From positions 480,001 to 544,000 of the forward strand of contig OZ244922.1 in NCBI GenBank assembly GCA_965221905.1: 64,000 nt of DNA. Reading direction: 5' to 3'. Made by a program: the position numbers and the translations under genes. The notes beneath the pieces are model-generated. The model saw only the letters and a list, made by a program, of their open reading frames with translations. It did not search any database and had not been told where the DNA came from. This stretch comes from Chloroflexota bacterium (lineage in GTDB: Bacteria > Chloroflexota > UBA11872 > VXOZ01). Below are positions 1 to 10,104 of the stretch, in pieces. Each line of letters begins with the position of its first letter. Positions within the stretch are counted from its first letter, which is position 1.

Positions 1-1
1 A

Positions 2-628
2 CACAGAGCGTTGCCGCTCCACGCCGACGTGAGCGACCGGGCCGCCGTGGAAGGCATGGTCCAGGAATTGCAGGCACACTTCGGCAGACTGGATATTCTG
101 GTCAACAACGCCGCCGTCGGCATCGGCCACCAGGGATCCTTCGCCGACTATCCCCTCGAAGCTTGGCGACGGGTCTTTGCGGTGAATCTGGATGGCGTCG
201 TACACTGCACACAGGCAGCCTTGAAGATCATGCTTGTGCAGCAGCCGGAAGGCCGTATGCAGCAGATGGGAGGCCGCATCGTAAACATAAGCTCATCACA
301 CAGCTTGGTTTTTCAGCGCCGCACGACCGCCTACACCGTGGCGAAAGGCGCAGTCAATACGTTGACGCAAGCGCTGGCGGTTGAGTTCGGCCCGCAAGGG
401 ATCACGGTAAATTGCATTGCCGCGGGCGCGGTCTCAACACCGGGGTGGCCTGCCTCGCCGCAGGGCGAGGAGGCGTGGATTCGCCGCGCGCCCCGCGCGC
501 GCATGGGACTGGCGGCGGATATTGCCGATGCCGTCGTATTCCTCGCCTCGCCGCAGGCTGACTACATTACCGGACAGATTCTCTGCGTGGACGGCGGCTA
601 CGTGCACAGCGTGACACCCATGCCATGA
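2..628 (+). CDS. SDR family NAD(P)-dependent oxidoreductase (5'-truncated by window edge)
   Basis: LDILVNNAA, IVNISS, catalytic YTVAK (YxxxK), ITGQILCVDGG; frame open to window start. Confidence 0.9.
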   Translation, partial: HRALPLHADVSDRAAVEGMVQELQAHFGRLDILVNNAAVGIGHQGSFADYPLEAWRRVFAVNLDGVVHCTQAALKIMLVQQPEGRMQQMGGRIVNISSSHSLVFQRRTTAYTVAKGAVNTLTQALAVEFGPQGITVNCIAAGAVSTPGWPASPQGEEAWIRRAPRARMGLAADIADAVVFLASPQADYITGQILCVDGGYVHSVTPMP

Positions 629-650
629 TCGGAATCCTAAGGATAGCGCC

Positions 651-1733
651 ATGACCCCTGCACCTGAGCCGCTTGACTACTTGCCCCATCTCCCGCCCAA
701 GCGCGATTACGGAATCGGCGTGGTAGGAGCGGGCAGCATCGCGCGCGCCGGACACCTGCCAGCGTACCGCAGTGCCGGTTTTAATGTAGTGGGTATCCAT
801 GATGAGGATGCGGCCAAGGCGGAAGCGCTGGCGTCTGACTTCAATACGACGGCCTTTCCTTCCCTGGAAGCGCTCTTGGAGTCACCGGATGTAACCGTAG
901 TGGATATTGCTACGCCGACCGTCAGCCATCCGCCGCTCGTGCAGGCAGCGATTGCCGCCGGTAAGCACGTCCTCTGCCAAAAGCCCCTTACCTATGATAT
1001 TGCTAAGGCGGAAGACATGGTGCGCGCCGCCGCTAGTGCGGACGTGCGCTTGGCGGTGAACCAGAACGGACGCTGGGATCAGGCTTTCCGGTCCGTCTAC
1101 GCCCTCAAGCAGCGGGGCGACCTTGGCGACCTAACCTACTTACAGATCGATCGCGTCGGTCCTTTGCGCTGGGAGTTGTGGCCGTGGCTGTGGAATCGCC
1201 CGCGTGTGCTGATCGTCGAAGACGCCATTCACTTCCTGGACGTCACGCGCTTCATCCTGGGCGAGCCGGAGTGGATTTTCGCTGCCGGTTTTCATGCAGG
1301 CGACGAGCGCATCAAAGGCGAGACCTCGGCAGTGATTACGCTGGCTTGGCCCGGTGGCGCGCACGGCCTGCTGCTGAATCACGCCGGTATCTGGGACGAC
1401 GATACCCACGCTACCTATCGCTTCGAAGGGACGGCTGGCGTCGCTAAGGGGACGCTAGGGGTTTTCTACAATTTCCCCTATGGCCGTGAGGACACGCTCT
1501 CCTACCGCAGCGAGCGGTACGGTGATGCGTGGATCGAACCGGAGTTGCAGGGCAAGTGGATACCGGACGCGATGGTGGGCCCAATGGCCGAGCTTTTCGC
1601 AGCTATTCAAGAAGACCGTGAGCCGATGAATAGCGGCGCCGACAATCTGCGCACGCTCTATCTCGTAGAAGCGGCGTATGAGTCGATTGCAGAGGGACGG
1701 GCGATTTGCCCGCGCACGCCGCCGACACCGTAG
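651..1733 (+). CDS. Gfo/Idh/MocA family oxidoreductase
   Basis: GVVGAGSIA Rossmann motif, GKHVLCQKP, IHFLD. Confidence 0.9.
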   Translation: MTPAPEPLDYLPHLPPKRDYGIGVVGAGSIARAGHLPAYRSAGFNVVGIHDEDAAKAEALASDFNTTAFPSLEALLESPDVTVVDIATPTVSHPPLVQAAIAAGKHVLCQKPLTYDIAKAEDMVRAAASADVRLAVNQNGRWDQAFRSVYALKQRGDLGDLTYLQIDRVGPLRWELWPWLWNRPRVLIVEDAIHFLDVTRFILGEPEWIFAAGFHAGDERIKGETSAVITLAWPGGAHGLLLNHAGIWDDDTHATYRFEGTAGVAKGTLGVFYNFPYGREDTLSYRSERYGDAWIEPELQGKWIPDAMVGPMAELFAAIQEDREPMNSGADNLRTLYLVEAAYESIAEGRAICPRTPPTP

Positions 1734-1813
1734 TTGCCGCGGATTAGTCGATCCCATGAGAGCGAGGGAATTGAACGAGTGGGAAGGGCGATTAGGGCCA
1801 ACTGGAGAGAAGA

Positions 1814-1886
1814 TGGATTCCCGCTTGCGCGGGAATGACGGATTGACAAGCCCACTTCTTAGTAGCGCGGGGGCTTGTCCCCCGCT
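1814..1886. repeat. Two adjacent REP-like palindromes (CGTC-tagged GTCATTCCCGCG..GCGGGAATCC type; GTAG-tagged GTAGCGCGGGGGCTTGTCCCCCGC type)
   Basis: Related copies at ~31168-31236, 33056-33106, 34063-34089, 44011-44037, 51026-51051 (first type) and ~5187-5212, 32899-32922 (second type). Confidence 0.8.
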
Positions 1887-1931
1887 CTTGGGTGCATCTT
1901 TCAATCAACGCAATATACATGGAGATAAGAA

Positions 1932-2921
1932 ATGCAACTGCGCTTTGCCGCTATTGGCATTCATATACATGGTCCTGGGTCAATTCAGGAGATCCTGGCC
2001 GCGGGAGACACGGAGCTTGTCGGCATCGCCGAGAGCGACCCGGCGCGTCGGGACGAAGTTTCCCAACAGTACAGCGTGCCGATTTACGCCGACCATGTGG
2101 AGATGCTGGACGCGCTGCGGCCGGACCTCGCCACGATCTGCAATGCGCACCACGAAAAGGCGGAAGCGATTTTGTCCTGCCTGGAACGGAATGTTCACGT
2201 GCTGGTGGACAAGCCGATGGTCATCGAGCTTGAGGACTTGGCGCGCGTTGAGGAAGCCTTAAAGTCGAGCACGTCCGAATTGCAGATGATGGTTACCGAG
2301 CGGTTCGCCCCCCCGTTTGTGCGTCTTAAGGAGTTGGTAGAATCGGGCTTCCTTGGCGAGATTGCCGGGTGCGTCGCCACCCGGCCGCATGAGTTTGCCT
2401 TGGCAGAGCGCGAGCCCTGGATGGTGGAGGAAAGCAAAGAAGGCGGGCCAATCCTCGACCTTATGATTCATGACATCGATCTGATGCGCTGGTATTCCGG
2501 CGCTTCAGTGCAATCGGTGACCGCCCATCACGCGCAGCGCCGCTGGAAAGAATATCCGGGCTTCAACGACGTAGCGCACGCCATGTTCGCCATGGATTCC
2601 GGCATTGTCGCCTCAATGGAGGCGGACTGGCTGACGCCCCGCACTACCCCCTGGGACTGCCGCTTCTTCCTCACGGGCACCGAGGGCGCCGCCGAAGTGC
2701 GCAGCCTGCACTTCAGCGACCTGCTCTACTGGCGTCACGAGGAACCGCGCGTGCACGTACAGTTTGGACGAAATCGCCCGGATTCGAGCGGCCAAGACCT
2801 CGTGCGCCGCATCCGCGGCCAATCACCAGTTATCGCAACCGCGCAGGACGCAATCGACTCCACCCGCGCGGTGCTCATCGCCAGAGAAGCCGCGCGCAGA
2901 GGGCGGACGCTTTCGCTCTAG
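1932..2921 (+). CDS. Gfo/Idh/MocA family oxidoreductase
   Basis: HVLVDKPM, GGPILDLMIHDID motifs; GGAG RBS upstream. Confidence 0.9.
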   Translation: MQLRFAAIGIHIHGPGSIQEILAAGDTELVGIAESDPARRDEVSQQYSVPIYADHVEMLDALRPDLATICNAHHEKAEAILSCLERNVHVLVDKPMVIELEDLARVEEALKSSTSELQMMVTERFAPPFVRLKELVESGFLGEIAGCVATRPHEFALAEREPWMVEESKEGGPILDLMIHDIDLMRWYSGASVQSVTAHHAQRRWKEYPGFNDVAHAMFAMDSGIVASMEADWLTPRTTPWDCRFFLTGTEGAAEVRSLHFSDLLYWRHEEPRVHVQFGRNRPDSSGQDLVRRIRGQSPVIATAQDAIDSTRAVLIAREAARRGRTLSL

Positions 2922-3154
2922 GTGCGGAAAGGCATCGATGAGAGGGCAGTTCGTATGCTGCTATGGAGATCCTGCGCCGGGCAGCAATCGAATTACGCAC
3001 GGGTTTTCTTCGATTCCTGACCGGGCAGAAGTTGGCACTACGATTGGCAGCCGGACCCCAACGATCATTCCGGCGCAGGCCGAAGTCTAGTTCCGGCAAT
3101 GTGCGGAGACTACGGATAGCGCGTTGGTGTTTCCTGTACGCAAGACTTGAATTG

Positions 3155-3180
3155 TGCGCAGGTTGCAAACCTGCGCTACT
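3155..3180. repeat. GTAG-tagged REP-like palindrome (GTAGCGCAGGTTTGCAACCTGCG family)
   Basis: Copies also at ~18579, 25990, 26060, 32717, 32984, 54070, 54179 and 55501-55638. Confidence 0.8.
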
Positions 3181-3264
3181 GGAGTGAGAGCTGCCAAAAT
3201 AGCTCGGCGATGCCTGCATGACGAGATAGGGTCGGCAGTTCAACCGCCCGTATTTTGCTAGCCG

Positions 3265-3621
3265 TTATTCCTGGGCCCGACCGGGCCCCGCGCCGTCCTC
3301 CCCATCTCTCTGCTTGAAGCGGCCGCGGGAGCGCGGAAACTCACCTACCTTGGGTCGCGGTTCGCCCGGCACCCAGTGGCAACTTAGCGAGATGGTTATC
3401 ACCGCGTCCGGCCCCCAGGCGTCGAAGACCGGCTCCAGGCTGCTCATATCGAACGAGATGTCGCATGAAGGGCACAGATGCAGCAATTTGGGGTTGTTAC
3501 TGCGGTAGTCCGCCACCGTCTGCGTGTAGATGTGGGACTTTTCGGAAGGAGGAGGCAGACGCACAGGCTTGCCCTGGAACTCATCAGGAATGCGTTCCAC
3601 GATGATCTCATGCCTAGGCAT
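3265..3621 (-). CDS. hypothetical protein with CxxC and WGP motifs
   Basis: ATG at 3621 overlaps the stop of the upstream ORF; MPRHEIIVER...CPSC...WGPDAVITISLS aligns with the upstream protein. Confidence 0.6.
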   Translation of the reverse strand: MPRHEIIVERIPDEFQGKPVRLPPPSEKSHIYTQTVADYRSNNPKLLHLCPSCDISFDMSSLEPVFDAWGPDAVITISLSCHWVPGEPRPKVGEFPRSRGRFKQRDGEDGAGPGRAQE

Positions 3622-4099
3622 CTTCAAACTCCTCGGCGGCGCGGAATACGCCGGTGGGATTCCAGATTTCACGGTACACGCGCTCCGGCGAGCGTGCGTC
3701 GCGAAACACGATGCCGTAGAGCCACTCATAGCGTCCGTCGTCGTTGAGGACGTACTCCTCTCGTACACCATCGGAGTATAGTACCGGGCATTGCCCCAGT
3801 GTTTGGCCCTCTCCGAAAGGCGGTGAGTCCTGGGCATAGAGATTATCCGGAAAGTAGTCGTGCGAGAGCGCAAATGTCATGACCGTCTCCGGCCCCCACC
3901 TCTCCTCGGTTATTTCAAAGCTGCGCTGATAGTCCAGTACTTCACCGCAACTCCCGCAATTGAGTTTCCCTGAAGGATATGCCCGGCGCAGCGCAGCCAC
4001 CGTGTATGCGGGGATGTGGAGATGCACCGGCTTTCCGTCATGTTCAGCGACAGCGAGGCCCGTGACAGTTCGATGTATTACCGGTCGTTGTCTTGGCAT
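3614..4099 (-). CDS. hypothetical protein with CxxC and WGP motifs
   Basis: MPRQRPVIHR...GKPVHL...CGSC...WGPETVMTFALS; start taken at internal ATG 4099. Confidence 0.6.
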   Translation of the reverse strand: MPRQRPVIHRTVTGLAVAEHDGKPVHLHIPAYTVAALRRAYPSGKLNCGSCGEVLDYQRSFEITEERWGPETVMTFALSHDYFPDNLYAQDSPPFGEGQTLGQCPVLYSDGVREEYVLNDDGRYEWLYGIVFRDARSPERVYREIWNPTGVFRAAEEFEDA

Positions 4100-4443
4100 G
4101 TTGCATTCTGCATCGAGGCGACGCCACAGACTAGGGTCTTTCAATTGTTAATGTAAGCCATCTCTTATTAGAGTCAATAGGCAGGAACACTTAAAGTCGT
4201 TTTCTGACAGTCGGCGCACTGATAGTGTTCTGGCCGCTGCCGGGCCGATGCGACGGTCTTTCATGACTTTACGTGGTGTGCCAGCTCGTCCTTGCCTGCA
4301 TCTTCACACGAATGAATGTCAGTCTTGGAACGACCGGACAGTTGAGTTCAAGGAAAGGCTACTCAGGCCACGTTAGGAATCTCGGCAAGTTATGATAATC
4401 AAGAGACTCCGCACCTATTTTACTTGGAAAGGAACACTGCAAA

Positions 4444-5115
4444 ATGCCGGCCTCTTCAACGCAAGACTCTTACCTCGAGCGCCTTAAGCACGTCTATGTG
4501 GCCGTGATTTCGGACGCGCTCGACGCGCTCGACTTGCGACACCAGGTGATGGCGGCGCGCGTACGGCCGCTCTATGCTGAGGCGCGGATCGTGGGCCGCG
4601 CTCATCCCATCCACTTCCGACCGGCCGAGCGGATTCCCTCGCAGGAGGAATACCACTACATGGAGATCGAGGCCATGGATAGCTTGCTGCCGGGTGAGGT
4701 GTATTTAGGTGCGCTTGGTGACGCGCCGTCGTGCGCGCTGTGGGGCGAGCTCTTTTCCACGTGCGCCCAGGCACGCGGCGCGACTGGCGCGGTGATCGAC
4801 GGCCCGGTACGGGATACCGACAAGATTATGGGGATGCCATATCCCGTTTTTGCCACGGCATTCTGTGCCGCCGATGCCGCCGGACGCGCCGAGGCTATCG
4901 CCCACAACGTGCCGATCATGTGCGGCGGCGTGCTGGTGCATCCCGGCGACTACATCCTGGCCGACTACGACGGCGTAGTGGTCATCCCCCAGCAGCACAT
5001 CGAGGCAGCTCTGCAACCTGCTGAGGAGAAAGTACAGGGGGAAAACACCGTACGCGCCGAACTTGCCGCAGGCGAACGCATGCGCGCCGTCTTCGAGCGC
5101 CACGGGATTCTATGA
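4444..5115 (+). CDS. RraA / 4-hydroxy-4-methyl-2-oxoglutarate aldolase family protein
   Basis: SDALD, ALWGEL, GAVIDGPVRD, VHPGDYILADYDGVVVIP. Confidence 0.9.
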   Translation: MPASSTQDSYLERLKHVYVAVISDALDALDLRHQVMAARVRPLYAEARIVGRAHPIHFRPAERIPSQEEYHYMEIEAMDSLLPGEVYLGALGDAPSCALWGELFSTCAQARGATGAVIDGPVRDTDKIMGMPYPVFATAFCAADAAGRAEAIAHNVPIMCGGVLVHPGDYILADYDGVVVIPQQHIEAALQPAEEKVQGENTVRAELAAGERMRAVFERHGIL

Positions 5116-5288
5116 AGTGCGAGGCTACATGGCCAATCATCATGAGAATCCAGTTCGCGCCAGGTAGATTCAATTTAGACTCCAAGAGCGGGGGACAAGC
5201 CCCCGCGCTACCGGGGAATTTCCACATATAATCCTTGTAAAATCCGCGCGAAAGTCCCAAGATTCACCCTCACCCCAGCCCTCTCCCT

Positions 5289-5575
5289 TGTATAGACCGG
5301 GTACATGGGTTACACATGTTCGGGCACATAGGTTACACCATGAGACATAGAGTTTTTGTAGAAGAGAATGACCATGCCATGGAAGATTAATACAGTCAAT
5401 GTCGTTGTGCAAAAAGGTTGTGGCCCCGGCACAAGCAAACGGGTTGAACACGAGCGCATTGTGTCGTCTTGAACGTTTTCTTCTCGGACCAACCTATAAC
5501 ATCCATATATCTCAGGGAGCAAAATGTGTAACCCATGTCCCCGAACAACTGTTACCTATGTCCCCAGTCTGTACA
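5289..5575 (+). mobile_element. IS481-family-derived MITE (287 bp, internally deleted)
   Basis: TGT...ACA ends with ~50-bp imperfect terminal inverted repeats; CTCCCT duplicated at 5283-5288 and 5576-5581; residual MPWK start (5374) and FFSDQPITSIYLRE-like transposase tail. Confidence 0.85.
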
Positions 5576-5674
5576 CTCCCTCGAGGAGAGGGAGTAATCC
5601 ACCGCTAGCCAGGCACGAATCGCTCAAGAGAAGGGGAAAATGCGCGGTCAATTCGTTGGGAGACCCTATAGACC

Positions 5675-6715
5675 CTAGAGCGGCAGGTCAATTGCCTGAC
5701 CGGTCTGCATGCTGCGGGTGACTGCCTCGGTGAACTCCATGTACTTCACACCGGACAAGGGCGTGGTGTGCGTGATCTTCTCCTGGCCGCGAATGGCATT
5801 GATGAACTCTTCCTCCACGCGCCAGCCGCCGGCTTCCTCTGCCGGGATGGGGATCTCTTGCAGACCGGCGTCGCCGCGCTTGCCGCGCTTGCCGCCGTAA
5901 AGCGTATCGGCAGCGACACGCAGGGTCCCCTCGCTTCCGAAGAGAAAGGCTTCAGGCGCGCCGGCTAGTCCGGTAACGCTGGAAACCTGCATGTGCAGTT
6001 GCGCGCCGCAGGCCATGTCGGCCACCACGTCAACGTGCTCGGGCACGCGCACGGCGCGCAGCGCACCGCTGTCATCCGTACGCATCGGCGTAAAGGTCTT
6101 TCCCATCGCCTGCACGCGTGTGGCCTCGCCCACCCAGCGCAAGAGCGCTTCGTACCAGATGCCCATGCTCATGATATTGAAGCCGCTCAGATCGAAGTCC
6201 TGCCGCCAGTGGAGGGGGGCGGCAGCATCCAGGAAGTCACCGCCTACGCGGACCTCAATGGCAAGCAGATCGCCAAGGTAGCCGCTGGCGATAAGGCGCT
6301 GCAGGGTAGCGTCCACCCGCAGTGTCATTGGAGACGGCACGATCTGCACCACGAGGTGCGGGTTAGCCTGAGCCGCGTCGTACATCTCCCAGGCTTCCGT
6401 GGCATTCATGGCCATCCGCGCTTCGCACAGCACGTGCTTCCCGGCTGCTAGCGCCGCGAGCGTTGCCTGGCAGTGAAGGTACGGCCAGGTGCCGATGACG
6501 ATGGCGTTGGTATCCGGCGCTTCGACGAGCTCGTTCCAATGCGCATACGTGGTCGGTATACCAAACTGCTCCGCCGCGCGGTCACTGGATTCCGCGCTGC
6601 GATTGCAGACGCTGACAATCTCTACACCATCGATCGCCTGCAAGCCCGGGATGTGGCGGTCGCGGGTATTCGCGCCCGCCCCGACAATACCGACACGAAT
6701 CGGTTCTGATCTCAT
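5675..6715 (-). CDS. Gfo/Idh/MocA family oxidoreductase
   Basis: VGIVGAG, GKHVLCEARMA. Confidence 0.9.
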   Translation of the reverse strand: MRSEPIRVGIVGAGANTRDRHIPGLQAIDGVEIVSVCNRSAESSDRAAEQFGIPTTYAHWNELVEAPDTNAIVIGTWPYLHCQATLAALAAGKHVLCEARMAMNATEAWEMYDAAQANPHLVVQIVPSPMTLRVDATLQRLIASGYLGDLLAIEVRVGGDFLDAAAPLHWRQDFDLSGFNIMSMGIWYEALLRWVGEATRVQAMGKTFTPMRTDDSGALRAVRVPEHVDVVADMACGAQLHMQVSSVTGLAGAPEAFLFGSEGTLRVAADTLYGGKRGKRGDAGLQEIPIPAEEAGGWRVEEEFINAIRGQEKITHTTPLSGVKYMEFTEAVTRSMQTGQAIDLPL

Positions 6716-6792
6716 CGTCTTTCGCCTCTTTGTATTGCACGTGTTTAGAACAGCGCCGCAACGCTTTAGCCCGTTCTTCGCGCTGGATTCCT

Positions 6793-7608
6793 TCAGCCTT
6801 CAATATCGCAACCGAGGAAGACTCGATTGCGCTGCTGGCAGGCTTCCAGCACGGAGAAGCTGCCCGCTGCCGGGTCTATCACCACATCACCCGGATTAGT
6901 GACCGCCGCCAGGAGCGCCCCTTGCAGCTCTACCGGCTTGCGGTGGGTCACTGCATCACGCGGCACCGTCTCATCCCACACGTCGGGGATATTGTGTATC
7001 TTCCATACCCCCTTGGCGCGGCGCGGCGTCTTTTGCAAGACAACCACATATTCGCTTTTTCGTCGGGTGCGGTAGCCCATGCCGATGCGGCCCTTATCCC
7101 AGGTAACGAGGTCTACCACCGCAAGTTTCGTATCCGCGAGCCAATGGGTAAAGCCCGTGCAAAGGTGGAATTTATCCATCCACAGGAACAAGTGGCCGCT
7201 CGGCATGAGGGCGCGGTCGATACCCTGGATGAACGAGGCGATTTTCTCGTCGTCCATCTGCATGAGCGAGGATCGTCCCTTGTTTCTGCTGCGCCCCTCG
7301 TTGCCGTAGGACATCTTGTCCAGCAAGCCGCGGTATTGCGGATCGAGAAAGGCTACCGGAACCTTAGCGGGTGGTAGGAGCGCGAGGAACTCCGATCCTT
7401 CCAGCTTCAACCGAGTGTTGAAGGCAAAGTCATCAGGAAGCTCCAGCGCGGGCATGATCAGGTTACGAACCGGAGAAAAGACTGAGTCCGCTACGGTTTC
7501 GGATTCATCTGCTGGTGTTTCGACCATGGAGCGTTCCCTTACGCAGTCGGCGCCTTGCGCGTCCCAATTGTCCGGCGCTTGTCCGACCGCCGTTGAAACC
7601 GTCTGCAA
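6793..7608 (-). CDS. site-specific DNA methyltransferase (N6-A/N4-C, beta-type order), orphan; true start may be downstream
   Basis: Catalytic-type DPQY motif N-terminal, HRKP, and C-terminal VIDPAAGS SAM-binding motif with GCDI. Confidence 0.85.
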   Translation of the reverse strand: MQTVSTAVGQAPDNWDAQGADCVRERSMVETPADESETVADSVFSPVRNLIMPALELPDDFAFNTRLKLEGSEFLALLPPAKVPVAFLDPQYRGLLDKMSYGNEGRSRNKGRSSLMQMDDEKIASFIQGIDRALMPSGHLFLWMDKFHLCTGFTHWLADTKLAVVDLVTWDKGRIGMGYRTRRKSEYVVVLQKTPRRAKGVWKIHNIPDVWDETVPRDAVTHRKPVELQGALLAAVTNPGDVVIDPAAGSFSVLEACQQRNRVFLGCDIEG

Positions 7609-7807
7609 AACGCGGAGGTTACCATCATTCTACGCTGCATGAATCTCCGCAACAACTCAAGCAAAAGGGCGTAACAGGACTTTGCGCAGTCTGCGCATGA
7701 GGTGCGAAGCGCCTAAGTCTCTTCCAGCCGGCCCGGGTGGCCGTACGTACTTCGGCCCTTCGTCAAGCTCAGCACGAACGGCTACTGATTCTCAAAACGT
7801 CGTCCGC

Positions 7808-9007
7808 TTAGCCGGAAACCGGAAACCAGACTGGGCTCGACCACGCCGTACGGCCGTCCTCCTGCACGGCGCGCACGTAGTAGTAGACCCAGTTCTCGCC
7901 GTTGCCGTTGCTGGCGCTTGGCGAAAGGCGGAGCAGCACGTCCAGCGGGTCGGAATCCTCGAAAACACCCTCGTGGTAGTAGTCGTCGGCATGAAATCGC
8001 TTAACGTCTACGCCGTTACGGACTAAGGTGACGCTCTGAATGCGCTCGCTGCCGGAGACGACATAAGAGACTGTGCGCGGGTTATCGTCGAGCGCAGGCC
8101 CTTCCGCGCCCATCGGCAGGCCGTTGGTCTCCGTCCAGAGCGCGATTTTGCGACCTGAAGCCGCAACGCAGCGCCGGGCGCGCAGCGCCTCGAAGATACC
8201 CTCCCGCGTGAATTCCGTGACATACAGTCCGCCGATACCCGTGCCCAGGGCGTTCATGCGGAATCGGCTTAGTCGGTTGAGGCGCTGGGAGTTCGTCACA
8301 TTTGGCTGCTGCGTGTTGAAGTAGTGACCTCCGGCATGACCGGTGTGGTTGTCCCCGCCGCCGATGACACCTACTCGGTTCGCCTTGGCGAGGCCGTCCT
8401 GCAGGAAGCTGCCGGTTGCGCTCGGCGACCAGTTTGGATCGCACTCGTGCGGGTTACCCTGGTACTCATAGTTGCCCCAGAGCGAGGTGATTTCCACCAC
8501 CGGCTCCCAGTCCGCGCTGTGCTGCGACCAATCGTATGGGGTAGCGTCGCGGGCGAGGTGGTGCGGGATACTGAGGGAGGCGTACGGCAGCTCCGCTAGC
8601 TGCTGCCAGAGTTGGGAAAGGTCTGTTACTTCCGAGCCGCTGCGCAGGATTGGCGGCTCGTCATGGTTGAATAATGTGTTGCGGTGGCCCCACTGCCGGT
8701 CTTTGGGCGCATTCCACTCATATGCGGGGATCGATACAAAACGGTCCGGTTCGTGGTATTGGCGGTTGGCATCCAGTATCTCCGCCCACTCGTCCTCCAC
8801 CAGCATCCTGCCGTTGCCCGACCACGTATGATCGGTCACCGCGCCGAAGTCCATCCCCGCCACGTCGCGGGCGTAGCGATAGCAGTCGGCGGGCGAGCCG
8901 TCGAAGCCATCGGGAAGCGTCTCCTCGCCCCAGTAACACGAGGAAAAGTACGAATGAATATGCAGGTCTCCCCAAACTAGGCGATAGTCTGCCGGTAGTC
9001 TTGCCAT
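7808..9007 (-). CDS. PHP-fold metallohydrolase (DUF3604 / CehA-McbA-like)
   Basis: WGDLHIHS, AVTDH, YEW, GHRN, IPHH, GGDNH, and C-terminal YYYVR...AWSSPVW. Confidence 0.8.
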   Translation of the reverse strand: MARLPADYRLVWGDLHIHSYFSSCYWGEETLPDGFDGSPADCYRYARDVAGMDFGAVTDHTWSGNGRMLVEDEWAEILDANRQYHEPDRFVSIPAYEWNAPKDRQWGHRNTLFNHDEPPILRSGSEVTDLSQLWQQLAELPYASLSIPHHLARDATPYDWSQHSADWEPVVEITSLWGNYEYQGNPHECDPNWSPSATGSFLQDGLAKANRVGVIGGGDNHTGHAGGHYFNTQQPNVTNSQRLNRLSRFRMNALGTGIGGLYVTEFTREGIFEALRARRCVAASGRKIALWTETNGLPMGAEGPALDDNPRTVSYVVSGSERIQSVTLVRNGVDVKRFHADDYYHEGVFEDSDPLDVLLRLSPSASNGNGENWVYYYVRAVQEDGRTAWSSPVWFPVSG

Positions 9008-9276
9008 AGATTTTTGCTCCCGTGCTACTCTCGCTATCTGCGAACTATTGTACGTCTTCTATCAGCAACATGCAGGAGCACAAATTCACAGAAAGCGGAG
9101 GCGTGTGGGTATGGTTTCACGAACGGGGCTGGAGTACACTATGGAGAATGAATAGTCGCACCCACGGCTCGAATTGGCGCAAGAGGAGCCGCAGCACTCA
9201 CTATTCCAGATAGGCACGACGTACGGAACAGAATCCGCACAACGCAGGATCTATCGAAAACGGAAGGAACACGGCA

Positions 9277-10104
9277 ATGTTCGATCAAGCATTCAAGGAT
9301 TCCTTTGAGCAGAGCGGGTATACGGTAGCGCGGGGATTGTTCTCACCGGAAGAGGTTGCAGCGCTCACCGATCACTATATGTACTTGCGGCAAAACGGCA
9401 CGTACAAAGGGGACGCTGCCGGCGTGGATGTGCCGAATGGCGACCCAGCGGCCGATCCCTTGAGGAAGTTCCCTCGCATGATCCACATGCATCGCTGGGA
9501 CGACCTTAGTCTGAAATGGATGTTGGACCCGCGCTTTCGCGAGGGCCTGGCGGCGCTCTTGGGAGGAGACCCGTACGCCGTACAGAGCATGATCTACTTC
9601 AAGCCGCCGGGCGCGCGGGGACAGGCTCTGCACCAGGACCAGTTCTACTTGCAGGTGCAACCCGGCACCTGCATGGCCGCCTGGCTCGCGCTCGACGACT
9701 GCGACGAAGAGAATGGCTGTTTGCAGGTGGTGCCGGGCAGCCACATGTTGCCGGAGCTTTGCACAGAGGAGGCGGACACGGCCCAGAGCTTCACGGACGT
9801 CACCGTGCCTCTGCCGGAGCAAGTGCAGACCGCGCCGGTACTCATGGATGCCGGCGACGTGCTTTTCTTCAACGGCCAGTTGATCCACGGCAGCTTTCCA
9901 AACGCGACCGCCGACCGCTTTCGCCGCTCGCTCATCGGCCACTACATCATGGGCAGCGCCGAAAAGGTATCGAAATACTACCATCCGGTGCTGCGCATGG
10001 ATGGTAGCGTTGTAGGCCTTGGCACCAGCGAGCGGGGCGGCCCCTGCGGCGTGTGGGTGGAGGAAGACGGCCGGGCGGTAGTAGAAATGGCCGTCGGCGA
10101 GTAG
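9277..10104 (+). CDS. phytanoyl-CoA dioxygenase (PhyH) family Fe/2OG oxygenase
   Basis: KPPG, HQD (HxD), ENGCLQVVPGSH, distal H in IHGS, RRS. Confidence 0.92.
   Translation: MFDQAFKDSFEQSGYTVARGLFSPEEVAALTDHYMYLRQNGTYKGDAAGVDVPNGDPAADPLRKFPRMIHMHRWDDLSLKWMLDPRFREGLAALLGGDPYAVQSMIYFKPPGARGQALHQDQFYLQVQPGTCMAAWLALDDCDEENGCLQVVPGSHMLPELCTEEADTAQSFTDVTVPLPEQVQTAPVLMDAGDVLFFNGQLIHGSFPNATADRFRRSLIGHYIMGSAEKVSKYYHPVLRMDGSVVGLGTSERGGPCGVWVEEDGRAVVEMAVGE

Noticed and set aside
5873-5897. 9-bp in-frame duplication (GKRGKRG) in the oxidoreductase
   Set aside because: Ordinary slippage event with no evident consequence.
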